64,000 bases of DNA from Eledone cirrhosa (Eukaryota). The stretch is from assembly GCA_964016885.1 (NCBI GenBank), contig OZ024764.1, positions 310,001 to 374,000 of the forward strand, written 5' to 3'. Positions within the stretch are counted from its first letter, which is position 1, and the number at the start of each line of letters is the position of its first letter. The notes under the pieces are model-generated. The model made no database searches, was not told where the DNA came from, and saw only the letters and a program-made list of their open reading frames with translations. Shown here piece after piece: positions 25,223-39,460 of this stretch. Both the position numbers and the translations under genes were made by a program.

Positions 25223-25315
25223 AGGTGTATATATATTTTTGGGGGAAATCCTGTATATATATATGTATATGATGCTTTAAGCAAACCACATTTTATTATT
25301 ACAGTAATTGTTACG

Positions 25316-25782
25316 ATCTGAGTTCAAATCCAGCCGAGGTTGACTTTGCCTTTCATCCTTACGGGGTCGATAAAATAAAGTACCAGTAATGCACTGGGTA
25401 ATTGCTGGCCTTGTGCCTAAAGTAGAAACAATTACTGTAATAATTGTTTCTACTTTAGGCACAAGGCCAGCAATTACCCAGTGCATTACTGGTACTTTAT
25501 TTTATCGACCCCGTAAGGATGAAAGGCAAAGCCAACCTCGGCTGGATTTGAACTCAGAATGGCAAGGGCCGTAACTCTATACTACAGTAAGGGCGGTGGA
25601 TTGGCAGTATCAGTAGAGGGTCGGACGCCATGCTTTGCAGCAAAGAGTTACGGCCTTTAAGGTCTGAGTTCAAATCCCGCCGAGTTTAACTTTGCCTTTC
25701 ATCCTTACGGGGTCGATAAAATAAAGTACCAGTAATACACTGGGGGTAATTGCCTGCCTTGTGCCAAAAGTAGAAACAATTA
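25316..25782. mobile_element. SINE family C cluster including a tail-to-tail inverted pair (25319-25557)
   Basis: gagttcaaatcc...ctttgcctttcatccttacggggtcgataaaataaagtaccagt; other copies at 9181-9275, 22996-23135, 24712-24898, 27297-27420, 30412-30810, 56773-56835. Confidence 0.85.
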
Positions 25783-26125
25783 TTACAGTAGAAGGTAGTG
25801 TGGTGTAGTGGTGGTGATGGTGTGACAGTATATCTGGTGTGGTGTTGGTGACAGTAGTGGTGGTGTGGTGTTGTAGTAACCATTGTTGCTATAGTTTAGC
25901 CCTAGGCCAGCCAGATCCATCAGACCTCTTCTAACACAGGACACAATACCAACATGTATTCTGAGATAACAACAACAAAACATATTTCTGCCCAACTAAT
26001 TATGGTTGACAATTAGCGAGTTTAATTAGTGGACAATGTTTTAATGGTGACACAACATAAATTGGATATTGGTCTGAATTTAGGACAACACAGACAGATG
26101 GTGGTGGGGTTTATTGTGTGTATAT

Positions 26126-26462
26126 GGAGGCATATGGCTTAGTGGTTAGAGCATTGGCCTTGCAATCGAAAGGTTGTGAGTTCAATTCTCAGACTGGGTG
26201 ATGTGTTGTTTCCTTGAGCAAGACACTTTATTTCACATTGCTTCAGTTTACTCAGCTGTAGAAATGAGATGATAGGGACTGGGGTCCCTATCATTCCACT
26301 GTAAAGTGGTCGTGGAGGTGCCACGGCAAAAAAGCACCCAGCACTCACTGTAAATGAGGTTGGTGTTAGGAAGGGCATCCAGCTGTAGAAATCAAGCCAG
26401 AATCAGTTCCCGTCCCACCCTTGCAAGTAGGGAGAAGCGGACGTAAAATGATGATGATGATG
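26126..26462 (+). mobile_element. SINE family A
   Basis: Full-length copy. Confidence 0.9.
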
Positions 26463-26899
26463 GATGTGTGCGAGTTTGTGCAGTGTATATATATTTAGTA
26501 TATATATATATATATTTAGTCTTCAAATTTATATATATATAAGTGGCTTCCTTGTTCAATCATCTTACCAGAAGCCTGACATTATTTATGTAAGCGGACG
26601 GTACTTGATTTAGGAGCCGCAGACACCCAAATACTGGATTTTACCAACCTTCCAGGGGTCCGGGTAAATTTTCAATACCCGAATTACTTGATCGTTTTTT
26701 TTGGCTATGCGAATGATTGTTTAACCATCGTCTCAGTGTGTTTGGCCTTTAACGTATGTTATAGCTCTGGTTCATCTGAATCATTGAGCACTTGCCTCAC
26801 ATCTCGGAGGTTGTTTTTCGTTATTTCGTGGGCCGAAATGCGAATCTCGATAATTTATGTTTGTATATATATATATATATATGGCCTTGCAGTGGTACT

Positions 26900-27292
26900 T
26901 GTGAAGGGCCCTTCGTCTGTCCTGGCATGACTCAGTGTGAAACAAGGAAATCCTGCAGAGAGCCGCATCGTAGACACTACAGAGGATGGTCACGGAGGGT
27001 TGGTGTCAACTGGCTGGCTACCAGACGGTGGTCACCGAGGGTTGGTGCCGCCTGGCTGGCCATATTCTGCACCTGCCTGACGAACAACACTCGAAAACAG
27101 CGATGAACTGGTCTCCTCCTGGTGGCAAATGGAAGCAGGGTTGCCCCAGGATTACCTGGTGACAAACATTCCAGAGAGACCTGACGGCAGCCAACATCAC
27201 TTGACACGGACAAGAAAAAGCCGCCACTGGTCGTGACCTTTGGTGACTACTTACTGCTTGATGTGGTGAAAGGTGCGGGAGAACCTAAGACT
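26900..27292 (+). mobile_element. Decayed RTE LINE 3' fragment
   Basis: RxxWLGHIL and GGKWKQGCPRITW-like remnants with frameshifts. Confidence 0.65.
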
Positions 27293-27540
27293 AATATAAC
27301 TGTTTCTACTTTAGGCACAAGGCCAGCAATTACCCAGTGCATTACTGGTACTTTATTTTATCGACCCCATAAGGATAAAAGGCAAAGTTAACCATGGTGG
27401 GATTTGAACTCAGAATGGCAGCCTAAGACTAATATAATAAATACTGTACAAACTAGCAGAAAAACCACGCTTCGGGTGGTTTTCTGCTGGCATGTGTAGT
27501 GTGTATATTGATATATATATACATATATATGTATATATAT

Positions 27541-27890
27541 GGAGGCACATGGCTTAGTGGTTAGAGCATTGGCCTTGCAATTAAAAGGTTGTGAGTTCAA
27601 TTCTCAGACCGGGTGATGTGTTGTTTCCTTGAGCAAGACACTTTATTTCACATTGCTCCAGTTTACTCAGCTGTAGAAATGAGATGATAGGGACTGGGGT
27701 CCCTATCATTCCACTGCAAAGTGGTCGTGGAGGTGCCACGGCAAAAAAGCACCCAGCACTCACTGTAAATGAGGTTGGTGTTAGGAAGGGCATCCAGCTG
27801 TAGAAATCAAGCCAGAATCAGTTCCCGTCCCACCCTTGCAAGCAGGGAAAAAGCGGACGTAAAAAATGAAATGATGAAAAATGAAATCAT
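27541..27890 (+). mobile_element. SINE family A
   Basis: Full-length copy. Confidence 0.9.
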
Positions 27891-28928
27891 TAACCCCTGT
27901 CCCACTACTCACACCCCATCCACACCACCCCCTTAAATGTGAAGTTATGTTGGTACCACAACATCCAGTCCGAAACAAATGAGGTCGTGTAGGTGTCACG
28001 ACAAAAAAAAAACACAGTCCACGCTGTAATGTGGCCGTGTAGGTAACACGGTAAAAACCTCCCAGTACACACTGTAAACGTGGTTGGTGTTAGGAAGGGC
28101 ACCCAGCCGTAGAAAACCCGCCAGATGTGTAGGTGTCACGACAATAAAACACACAGTCCACGCTGTAATGTGGCCGTGTAGGTAACACGGTAAAAACCTC
28201 CCAGTTCACACTGTAAACGTGGTTAGTGTTAGGAAGGGCACCCAGCCGTAGAAAACCCGCCAAACGTGTAGGTGTCACGACAATAAAACACACAGTCCAC
28301 GCTGTAATGTGGCCGTGTAGGTAACACGGTAAAAACCTCCCAGTCCACACTGTAAACGTGGTTGGTGTTGGGAAGGCCAACCAGCCGTAGAAAACCCGCC
28401 AGACGTGTAGATGTCACGACAATAAAACACACAGTCCACGCTGTAATGTGGCCATGTAGGTAACACGGTAAAAACCTCCCAGTCCACACTGTAAACGTGG
28501 TTGGTGTTGGGAAGGGCATCCAGCCGTAGAAAACCCGCCAGACGTGTAGGTGTCACAACAATAAAACACACAGTCCACGCTGTAATGTGGTTGTGTAGGT
28601 AACACGGTAAAAACCTCCCAGTCCACATTGTAAACGTGGTTGGTGTTAGGAAGGGCATCCAGCCGTAGAAAACCCGCCAGACGTGTAGGTGTCACGACAA
28701 TAAAACACACAGTCTACGCTGTAATGTGGCCGTGTAGGTAACACGGTAAAAACCTCCCAGTCCACACTGTAAATGTGGTTGGTGTTAGGAAGGGCATCCA
28801 GCCGTAGAAAACCTGCCAGATAGTCCTGAGCAAGACAACCAATCTTGCCTCAAGTGGGACAATTCCCGTCCAGACCCATGCTAGCGTGGAAAATGGACGT
28901 TAAATGATGATGATGATGTTGATGATGA
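27890..28928 (+). repeat. RTE 3' UTR copy with ~6 tandem 139-bp units
   Basis: Period 139 (repeated ORF starts at 28380, 28519, 28658). Confidence 0.88.
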
Positions 28929-29399
28929 TATACATGCAAATATATATACATGTAGATATAATACATCAAATAAAATTGTAATTGACAACATACACAGAAA
29001 TTGAAGAGAGACTGTGTTACACTGTCTTCTGTAATCAGTAAAGTAATCCATGATACATTAAAAAAAGACGATATTATATATAAACTGTATTACGGTGACA
29101 TGTAATGAAACCTTATATAACGATGCAAATATATGGATTTGTTACATAAGCGATGTAATAAGTGTTATGATATAACGGACGCTAACTGGAAGTATTGACA
29201 TTTGAACATTTTAAAGAAGTGAATCTTTAAATAAGCAATAAAATTATTTATATTTAATCAACAGCTACGAAATTTAGTAGATAAATTATGTAATATTCAT
29301 TCATTATTTATTCAAAGTAATCCAACTTATTTTACTAACGGGATAAAAAGATATAAACAGGACACAGTCCCGCACTCCTTACTTTATTATAGTATATTA

Positions 29400-30299
29400 T
29401 CTATATATATAAAACTGTGGTTGTCTGTCTGTCTATCGATTTTTGGCACACATCTCCTCTTAGAATCTCTCACGGAATTGCACCGAAATTGCTATACTTG
29501 TACATTGAGCCCTAGCGAAGACATCGGAAAAAAAATATTTCAAATTGACCCGCCCTATCTGACGAAATCGAATATAATGTATCGATTTTTGAGCGTAAGT
29601 GATCAGTTATTTCCCTTTGTTCTGTTTACATTGAGCGTCTGCGTGCAAAAATTAAAAAAATTACGCTGGCTTTCTCAGCGTTAGCCTTTTAAAACAATAT
29701 TTTTACTTGAAAACAAGTCTATTTAAAGACTACGTAAAACAAGCAAATATTTCGTAAAAAAAAGCAAAAATTATATAAGTTTATTTAAAATATATGTATC
29801 TGTAAATTTCGTTAGGCGTGCAGACAGACAGTCGTGCAGACAGACAGTCGTGCAGAGAGGTGATATAGGCGTGCAGACAGACAGTCGTGCAGAGAGGTGA
29901 TATAGGCGTGCAGACAGACAGTCGTGCAGAGAGGTGATATAGGCGTGCAGACAGACAGTCGTGCAGAGAGGTGATATAGGCGTGCAGACAGACATAACTG
30001 ATAATTTGGTTACACTAATGTTTTTCTCTGCGTTGCAGTGTTTACATTTTCGATCTTTGTTAATAAATAACCAGTGCAGTTTCTATCCCCAGCATCCTCT
30101 TTTGTTATAACATTCGGGTTATCGTTATGTTTTCTTAACTTCATAAGGCATATTGTTGGTTGAGGGAATATTAATCAAAAACACCACATGCAAGTCTGCA
30201 CAGTAGACACTACAGTTTTTAAGCCAAAAAAGAAACTTAACATTGTAACTTTAACACAGCTACTGAGCGACCCCGAGCAACGCCGGGCTTTACTGCTAG
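29400..30299 (+). mobile_element. Non-autonomous Helitron with internal 37-bp tandem repeat (29815-29993)
   Basis: A|TC start, same hairpin cccgagcaacgccggg, CTAG|T end. Confidence 0.82.
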
Positions 30300-30326
30300 T
30301 ATATTATATATAGGAATACAACTCAC

Positions 30327-30377
30327 CTTACAATCCAACAATGCCACAACATTTTCATGATGTAATCCTGATAATTC
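30327..30377 (-). CDS. ULK1: ULK kinase exon (ELSGLHHENVVALLDCK)
   Basis: HENVVAL subdomain IV; ttttttcag| and |gtgagt; 51 nt, phase 0-0. Confidence 0.93.
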
Positions 30378-30875
30378 CTGAAAAAACACACAAACAATAT
30401 TATTATTATTATGGCAGTAGATTGGCAGAATCAGTAGAGCATCAGACACTGTGCATTTCAGCACAGAGTTATGGCCCTTTGCGTTTTCAGTTCAAATCCC
30501 GTTAGGTTAATTTTGCCTTTCTTCCTTACGGGGTTGATAAAATAAAGTACCAGTCACGCACTGGTGTCGATTCAATTAACTTTCCTCTACCCCAAAATTG
30601 CTGGCCTTGTGCTTATATAAGAAATCATTATTATTATTAGAGCAGTGGATTGGTAGTAGAATCAGTACAGCATCAGACACCGTGCTTTGCAGCATAGAGT
30701 TATGGCCCTTTGCGATCCAAGTTCAAATCCTGCCAAGGTTAGTTTTTTTTGCCTTCCGTCCTTACAGGGTCGATAAATAAAGTACCAGTAATACACTGGC
30801 GTCAATTTAAACCATCTTGCTTGCGATCTACCCCTGAGTCTCCTGCCATTTGGTTTAGCCTGTAAGATCTGTCCA

Positions 30876-33170
30876 GAGATTCTTTCCTGAGACATTCTAA
30901 CCACATGTCTGTAGTATCAGAGCTGTGGTCTCTCAATTCAGAGATTCTTTCCTGAGACATTCTAACCACATGTCTGTAGTATCAGAGCTGTGATCTCTCA
31001 ATTCAGAGATTCTCTCCTGGGACATTCTAACCACATGTCTGTAGTATCAGAGCTGCGATCTCTCAATTCAGAGATTCTTTCCTGAGACATTCTAACCACA
31101 TGTCTGTAGTATCAGAGTTGTGATCTCTCAATTCAGAGATTCTGTCCTGAGACTTTCTAACCACATGTCTGTAGTATCAGAGCTGTGATCTCTTAATTCA
31201 GAGATTCTTTCCTGAGACGTTCTAACCACATGTCTGTAGTATCAGAGCTATGATCTCTTAATTCAGATTCTTTCCTGAGATGTTCTAACCACATGTCTGT
31301 AGTATCAGAGCTGTGGTCTCTCAATTCAGAGATTCTTGCCTGAGACATTCTAACCACATGTCTGTAGTATCAGAGCTATGATCTCTCAATTCAGAGATTC
31401 TTTCCTGAGACATTCTAACCACATGTCTGTAGTATCAGAGCTGTGATCTCTAAATACAGAGATTCTTTCCTGAGACATTCTAACCCCATGTCTGTAGTAT
31501 CAGAGCTGTGATCTCTCAATTCAGAGATTCTTTCCCGAGACATTCTAACCACATGTCTGTAGTATCAGAGCTATGATCTCTCAATCCAGAGATTCTTTCC
31601 TCAGACATTCTAACCACATGTCTGTAGTATCAGAGCTGTGATCTCTCAATCTAGAGATTCTTTCCTCAGACATTCTAACCCCATGTCTGTAGTATCAGAG
31701 CTGTGATCTCTCAATTCAGAGATTCTTTCCTGAGACATTTTAACCACATGTCTGTAGTATCAGAGCTGTGATCTCTCAATTCAGAGATTCTTTCCTGAGA
31801 CATTTTAACCACATGTCTGTAGTATCAGAGCTGTGATCTCTCAATTCAGAGATTCTTTCCTCAGACATTCTAACCACATGTCTGTAGTATCAGAGCTGTG
31901 ATCTCTCAATTCAGAGATTCTTTCCTGAGACATTCTAACCACATGTCTGCAGTATCAGAGCTGTGATCTCTCAATTCAGAGATTCTTTCCTCAGACATTC
32001 TAACCACATGTCTGTAGTATCAGAGCTATGATCTCTCAATTCAGAGATTCTTTCCTGAGACATTCTAACCACATGTCTGTAGTATCAGAGCTGTGATCTC
32101 TAAATACAGAGATTCTTTCCTGAGACATTCTAACCCCATGTCTGTAGTATCAGAGCTGTGATCTCTCAATTCAGAGATTCTTTCCCGAGACATTCTAACC
32201 ACATGTCTGTAGTATCAGAGCTATGATCTCTCAATCCAGAGATTCTTTCCTCAGACATTCTAACCACATGTCTGTAGTATCAGAGCTGTGATCTCTCAAT
32301 CTAGAGATTCTTTCCTCAGACATTCTAACCCCATGTCTGTAGTATCAGAGCTGTGATCTCTCAATTCAGAGATTCTTTCCTGAGACATTTTAACCACATG
32401 TCTGTAGTATCAGAGCTGTGATCTCTCAATTCAGAGATTCTTTCCTCAGACATTCTAACCACATGTCTGTAGTATCAGAGCTGTGATCTCTCAATTCAGA
32501 GATTCTTTCCTGAGACATTCTAACCACATGTCTGCAGTATCAGAGCTGTGATCTCTCAATTCAGAGATTCTTTCCTCAGACATTCTAACCACATGTTTGT
32601 AGTATCAGAGCTGTGATCTCTCAATTCAAAGATTCTTTCCTGAGACATTCTAACCACATGTCTGTAGTATCAGAGCTGTGATCTCTCAATTTAGAGATTC
32701 TTTGCTGAGACATTCTAACCACATGTCTGTAGTATCAGAGCTGTGATCTCTCAATTTAGAGATTCTTTGCTGAGACATTCTAACCACATGTCTGTAGTAT
32801 CAGAGCTGTGATCTCTCAATTTAGAGATTCTTTGCTGAGACATTCTAACCACATGTCTGTAGTATCAGAGCTGTGATCTCTCAATTCAGAGATTCTTTCC
32901 TGAGACATTCTAACCACATGTCTGTAGTATCAGAGCTGTGATCTCTCAATTCAGAGATTCTTTCCTGAGACATTCTAACCACATGTCTGTAGTATCAGAG
33001 CTGTGATCTCTCAATTCAGAGATTCTTTCCTGAGACATTCTAACCACATGTCTGTAGTATCAGAGCTGTGGTCTCTCAATTCAGAGATTCTTTCCTCAGA
33101 CATTCTAACCACATGTCTGTAGTATCAGAGCTGTGGTCTCTCAATTCAGAGATTCTTTCCTCAGACATTT
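30876..33170. repeat. 65-bp minisatellite, ~35 units, derived from RTE coding sequence
   Basis: Unit gagattctttcctgagacattctaaccacatgtctgtagtatcagagctgtgatctctcaattca; minus strand runs into QILQAKPNGRRLRGRSQARW. Confidence 0.92.
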
Positions 33171-33173
33171 CAT

Positions 33174-33560
33174 GGAGGCACATGGCTTAGTGGTTAGAGC
33201 ATTGGCCTTGCAATCGAAAGGTTGCGAGTTCAATTCTCAGACCAGGTGATGTGTTGTTTCCTTGAGCAAGACACTTTATTTCACATTGCTCCAGTTTACT
33301 CAGCTGTAGAAATGAGATGATAGGGACTGGGGTCCCTATCATTCCACTGCAAAGTGGTCGTGGAGGTGCCACGGCAAAAAAGCACCCAGCACTCACTGTA
33401 AATGAGGTTGGTGTTAGGAAGGGCATCCAGCTGTAGAAATCAAGCCAGAATCAGTTCCTGTATGAGCAAGACATGATCAGCCGACCGGACACCGCCCACA
33501 ACAGGACAACCTGTCTAACCCATGCTAGCATGGAAGAACGGACGTAAAATGGTGATGATG
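33174..33560 (+). mobile_element. SINE family A with a different 3' tail
   Basis: Family A to 33460, then gagcaagac...acccatgctagcatggaagaacggacgtaaaat. Confidence 0.85.
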
Positions 33561-33910
33561 AAATATATATAAAAAGGATCGATCGACTTTCGTCAAATCG
33601 GACCGTGGAAACAATGTTTCCATTGGTCTTTCCAGTTGCTAGTACTATCTATCGGTCGCAACTCCAGGTAGAAGGAGCAATGTGAATAAAGTGTCTTGCT
33701 CAAGGACATAACGCATCGCCCAGTCCGGGGATCGAACTCACAACCTCAACATTGTGATCCAGTTCTCTAACCACTCAGCCACACGCCTTCATATATATAT
33801 ACATATATATATATCTATATAGGGGGCTGCAACAGTCGTCATGGTAACACCTCCACACATAAACACATCTTAACAACAACAACAACAACAACATTAGCAA
33901 TAAGGTTTAC

Positions 33911-34003
33911 CTTAAGAATCTTGATTTCTTTGCTTAGAAGGCTCTGAGACTTCCCCAAGTTCTTTTTGGTGATACTTTTGATAGCGACGGTGGTACAGGG
34001 GCG
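33911..34003 (-). CDS. ULK1: ULK1/ULK2 (Atg1/unc-51) kinase, first coding exon found in window (RPCTTVAIKSITKKNLGKSQSLLSKEIKILK)
   Basis: VAIK catalytic-lysine motif and alphaC Glu in a ULK-like context; ttccag| acceptor, |gtaaac donor; 93 nt, phase 0-0. Confidence 0.93.
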
Positions 34004-36560
34004 CTGGAATATAGTAACAGAGGGATATAGATTATATACACAGACATATATATACACAGGCATATATATACACAGACATATATACACAGACATATATATA
34101 CACAGACATATATATATATATATATAGACGGTGGTACAGGGGCGCTGGAATATAGTAACACAGGGATATAGATTATATACATATATATACACAGACATAT
34201 ATATACACAGACATATATATACACAGACATATATATACACAGACATATATATACACAGACATATATATACACAGACATATATATACACAGACATATATAT
34301 ACACAGACATATATATATATATATATAGACGGTGGTACAGGGGCGCTGGAATATAGTAACAGAGATATAGATTATATACACAGACATATATATACACAGA
34401 CATATATATACACAGACATATATATACACAGACATATATATACACAGACATATATATACACAGACATATATATACACAGACATATATATACACAGACATA
34501 TATATATATATATATAGACGGTGGTACAGGGGCGCTGGAATATAGTAACACAGAGATATAGATTATATACACAGGCATATATACACAGACATATATATAC
34601 ACAGACATATATATACACAGACATATATATACACAGACATATATATATATATATATAGACGGTGGTACAGGGGCGCTGGAATATAGTAACAGAGGGATAT
34701 ATAGATTATATACACAGGCATATATATACACAGACATATATATACACAGACATATATATACACAGACATATATATACACAGACATATATATACACAGACA
34801 TATATATACACAGACATATATATACACAGGCATATATATACACAGACATATATATACAGACATATATATACACAGACATATATATACACAGACATATATA
34901 TACACAGACATATATATACACAGACATATATATATATATATATAGACGGTGGTACAGGGGCGCTGGAATATAGTAACAGAGGGATATAGATTATATACAC
35001 AGACATATATATACAGACATATATATACAGACATATATATACACAGACATATATATACACAGACATATATATACACAGACATATATACACAGACATATAT
35101 ATACACAGACATATATATACACAGACATATATATACACAGACATATATATATATATATATAGACGGTGGTACAGGGGCGCTGGAATATAGTAACACAGAT
35201 ATATATAGATTATATACACAGACATATATATACAGACATATATATACACAGACATATATATACACAGACATATATACACAGACATATATATACACAGACA
35301 TATATACACAGACATATATATACACAGACATATATATACACAGACATATATATACACAGACATATATATATATATATATAGACGGTGGTACAGGGGCGCT
35401 GGAATATAGTAACAGAGGGATATAGATTATATACACAGACATATATATACACAGACATATATATACACAGACATATATATACACAGACATATATATACAC
35501 AGACATATATATACACAGACATATATATATATATATAGACGGTGGTACAGGGGCGCTGGAATATAGTAACAGAGAGATATATAGATTATATACACAGACA
35601 TATATATACAGACATATATATACACAGACATATATATATATATATATAGACGGTGGTACAGGGGCGCTGGAATATAGTAACAGAGGGATATATAGATTAT
35701 ATACACAGACATATATATACACAGACATATATACACAGACATATATATACACAGACATATATATATATATATAGACGGTGGTACAGGGGCGCTGGAATAT
35801 AGTAACAGAGAGATATATAGATTATATACACAGACATATATATACAGACATATATATACACAGACATATATATATATATATATAGACGGTGGTACAGGGG
35901 CGCTGGAATATAGTAACAGAGGGATATATAGATTATATACACAGACATATATATACACAGACATATATACACAGACATATATATACACAGACATATATAT
36001 ATATATATAGACGGTGGTACAGGGACGCTGGAATATAGTAACACAGGGATATATAGATTATATACACAGACATATATATACACAGACATATATATACACA
36101 GACATATATATACACAGACATATATATACACAGACATATATATACACAGACATATATATACACAGACATATATATACACAGACATATATATACACAGACA
36201 TATATATATATATATATAGACGGTGGTACAGGGACGCTGGAATATAGTAACACAGGGATATATAGATTATATACACAGACATATATATACACAGACATAT
36301 ATATACACAGACATATATATACACAGACATATATATACACAGACATATATATACACAGACATATATATACACAGACATATATATACACAGACATATATAT
36401 ACACAGACATATATATATATATATATAGACGGTGGTACAGGGACGCTGGAATATAGTAACACAGGGATATATAGATTATATACACAGACATATATATACA
36501 CAGACATATATATACAGACATATATATACAGACATATATATACACAGACATATATATACA

Positions 36561-36597
<37 letters not shown>

Positions 36598-36740
36598 GGT
36601 GGTACAGGGACGCTGGAATATAGTAACACAGAGATATATAGATTATATACACAGACATATATACACAGACATATATATACACAGACATATATATACACAG
36701 ACATATATATACACAGACATATATATACACAGACATATAT
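34004..36740. repeat. Composite array: ULK acceptor/exon-start block plus variable (cacagacatatatata)n
   Basis: About 15 copies of gacggtggtacaggg(g/a)cgctggaatatagtaaca. Confidence 0.93.
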
Positions 36741-38465
36741 TGATCTAGATGAAATGCAGTTCGGATTTGTGTCAGGCAAAAGTACCACAGACGCTCTTTT
36801 CATTGTACGACAACTACAGGAGAAGTACCTAGCTAAAAGTAAACCCCTATACTTAGCTTTCGTCGACTTGGAGAAAGCCTTCGACAGAGTCCCCCGCTCC
36901 ATTATCTGGTGGTCTCTTAGAAAACTAGGTGTTGACGAATGGCTTGTGAGAGCTATACAAGCCATGTATAAAGAAACAGTCAGTAAGGTTAGAATTAACA
37001 ACGAATATAGTGAAGAGTTTAGCGTAAAAGTTGGTGTCCATCAGGGCTCTGTTCTTAGCCCCCTACTATTTATTATTGCCCTTCAGGCTATAACAGAGGA
37101 GTTCAAGACCGGCTGCCCATGGGAACTCCTATACGCAGATGATCTAACGCTCATAGCTGAATCAATGACCGAACTAGAGAAGAAATTCCAAACATGGAAG
37201 CACGGCCTAGAATCAAAAGGCCTTAAAATTAACCTGGCTAAGACTAAAGTTCTAGTTTGTAGGAAAGAAAATAAGGCGGCAGTCCCATCTGGGAAATGGC
37301 CATGCTCAGTGTGTAGGAAAGGCGTAGGTAGAAACTCCATTTTATGTCCCAAATGCAAAGTATGGGTGCATAAAAGATGTAGTGGGATCACAGGTAAGCT
37401 AACTAAGAACATAGATTTTACATGTGGCCGGTGCTCTGGTGCAATAAGTAGCAGCAAGTGCCCACAGAATACTAGCTCCTTCAACTGCGCAGAGGGTTCT
37501 ATAGAAATAGTGGACAGCTTCCGTTACCTGGGTGACAAAATCAGCAGTGGGGGAGGGTGCTCTGAAAGTACAGTAGCTAGAGTCAGAACTGGATGGAAAA
37601 AGTTCAGAGAGCTTATACCACTATTAGCCGCTAGAGGGTTCTCCCTAAAAATGAAAGGCAGGTTATACGATGCCTGCATACGAACAGCAATGCTGCATGG
37701 CAGTGAGACCTGGGCATTGTGTGCAGAGGATATACGCAGACTAGAGAGGAACGAAGCTTGCATGCTCCGCTGGATGTGCAATAGTAATATACGTGAACGG
37801 CAAAGCATAAACGAACTAAGGAAAAAATTAGAAATAAGAGGGATCAGATGTTGTTTACTCGAGAGAAGGCTACGTTGGTATGGTCACGTGATGCGCATGA
37901 AAGACGACAGCTGTATAACAAAGTGCAGGGCAATAAAGATAGACGGTAGCCACGGAGTAGGCAGACACAGAAAATCCTGGGACGAGCTGATAAATTCCGA
38001 CCTCACACACTTACACCTCTCCAAGACAATGTCACTGGACCGAGACCTTTGGCGGTACTCAGTAATAGAGAAGACCCGCCTTGCCTAAATACAAAGTAAA
38101 ACCTACTACAGTCAGTAGGCATCTCTAACAAAATACACCCCCATCCCACCACCCCACCCCATCCACACCGCCCCCCTCCTATATAAAGTTATGTTGGTGC
38201 CACATCCAGTCATAAATAAATGAGGTCGTGTAGGTGTCACGACAAAAACACAGTCCACGCTGTAATGTGGCCGTGTAGGTAACACGGTAAAAACCTCCCA
38301 GCCCCACACTGTAAACGTGGTTGGTGTTAGGAAGGGCATCCAGCTGTAGAAAACCCGCCAGACAGTCCTATGCGAGCAAGACAACCACTCTTGCCTCAAG
38401 TGGGAAAACCCCACGTCCAAACCCATGCAAGCGTGGAACACGGACGCTAAACCTGATGATGATGA
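36740..38465 (+). mobile_element. 5'-truncated RTE-clade LINE with uninterrupted 444-aa RT ORF (36754-38088) and 3' UTR ending in (GAT)n
   Basis: QFGF, FVDLEKAFDRV, GVHQGSVLSP, LYADD, Cys-rich PHD-like insert, GSETW, RLRWYGHVMRM. Confidence 0.95.
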
Positions 38466-38711
38466 TATATATATATATATATATATAGACGGTGGTACAG
38501 GGACGCTGGAATATAGTAACACAGGGATATATAGATTATATACATATATATACACAGACATATATATACACAGACATATATATACACAGACATATATATA
38601 CACAGACAGTGGTACAGGGACGCTGGAATATAGTAACACAGGGATATATAGATTATATACACAGACATATATATACACAGACATATATATATACACAGAC
38701 ATATATAAATA

Positions 38712-39050
38712 TATGGGAACGACCCAGCATGAATGTGTTGAGAGAGAAACTATGTCTGAGAGGGATAAGTTGTGGTGTGTGGGAGAGAAGACTGAGGTGG
38801 TATGGACATGTGATGCGCATGGAGGATGACCGATGGGTGAAGAAGAGCCAGGAAATGCCAGTTGAAGGAAGACATGGTAGAGGAAGACCACGAAAAACAT
38901 GGGCGGAGGTGGTGAGAACAGACCTCAGATTGGTGAAGCTCACAGAGGAGATGACGAAGGACCGTGACGAGTGGAGAGATGCTGTGCTGAATAAGACCCG
39001 TCCCACCCTTGCAAGCAGGGAAAAGCAGACATAAAATGATGATGATGATA
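38712..39050 (+). mobile_element. RTE LINE 3' fragment
   Basis: RRLRWYGHVMRMEDD...RPRKTW. Confidence 0.9.
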
Positions 39051-39052
39051 TA

Positions 39053-39332
39053 TATCATCATCATTCATTTCATTTTACGTCCACTTTTCCCTGCTTGCAA
39101 GGGTGGGACGGGAACTGATTCTGGCTTGATTTCTACAGCTGGATCCCCTTCGTAACACCAACCTCATTTACAGTGAGTGCTGGGTGCTTTTTTGCCGTGG
39201 CACCTCCACGACCACTTTGCAGTGGAATGATAGGGACCCCAGTCCCTATCATATCATTTCTACAGCTGAGTAAACTGGAGCAATGTGAAATAAAGTGTCT
39301 TGCTCAAGGAAACAACACATCACCTGGTCTGA
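39053..39332 (-). mobile_element. SINE family A, head truncated
   Basis: Matches family A up to cctggtctgag. Confidence 0.85.
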
Positions 39333-39460
39333 GTAACACAGGGATATATATATATATATAACACAGGGATATATATATATATATAACACAGGGATATATA
39401 TATATAACACAGGGATATATATATATATATAACACAGGGATATATATATATATATATATA

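Noticed and set aside
34004-36740. CRISPR-like pattern of constant repeats with variable spacers
   Set aside because: Spacers are microsatellite, the repeat is a ULK splice junction, the context is eukaryotic and there are no cas genes
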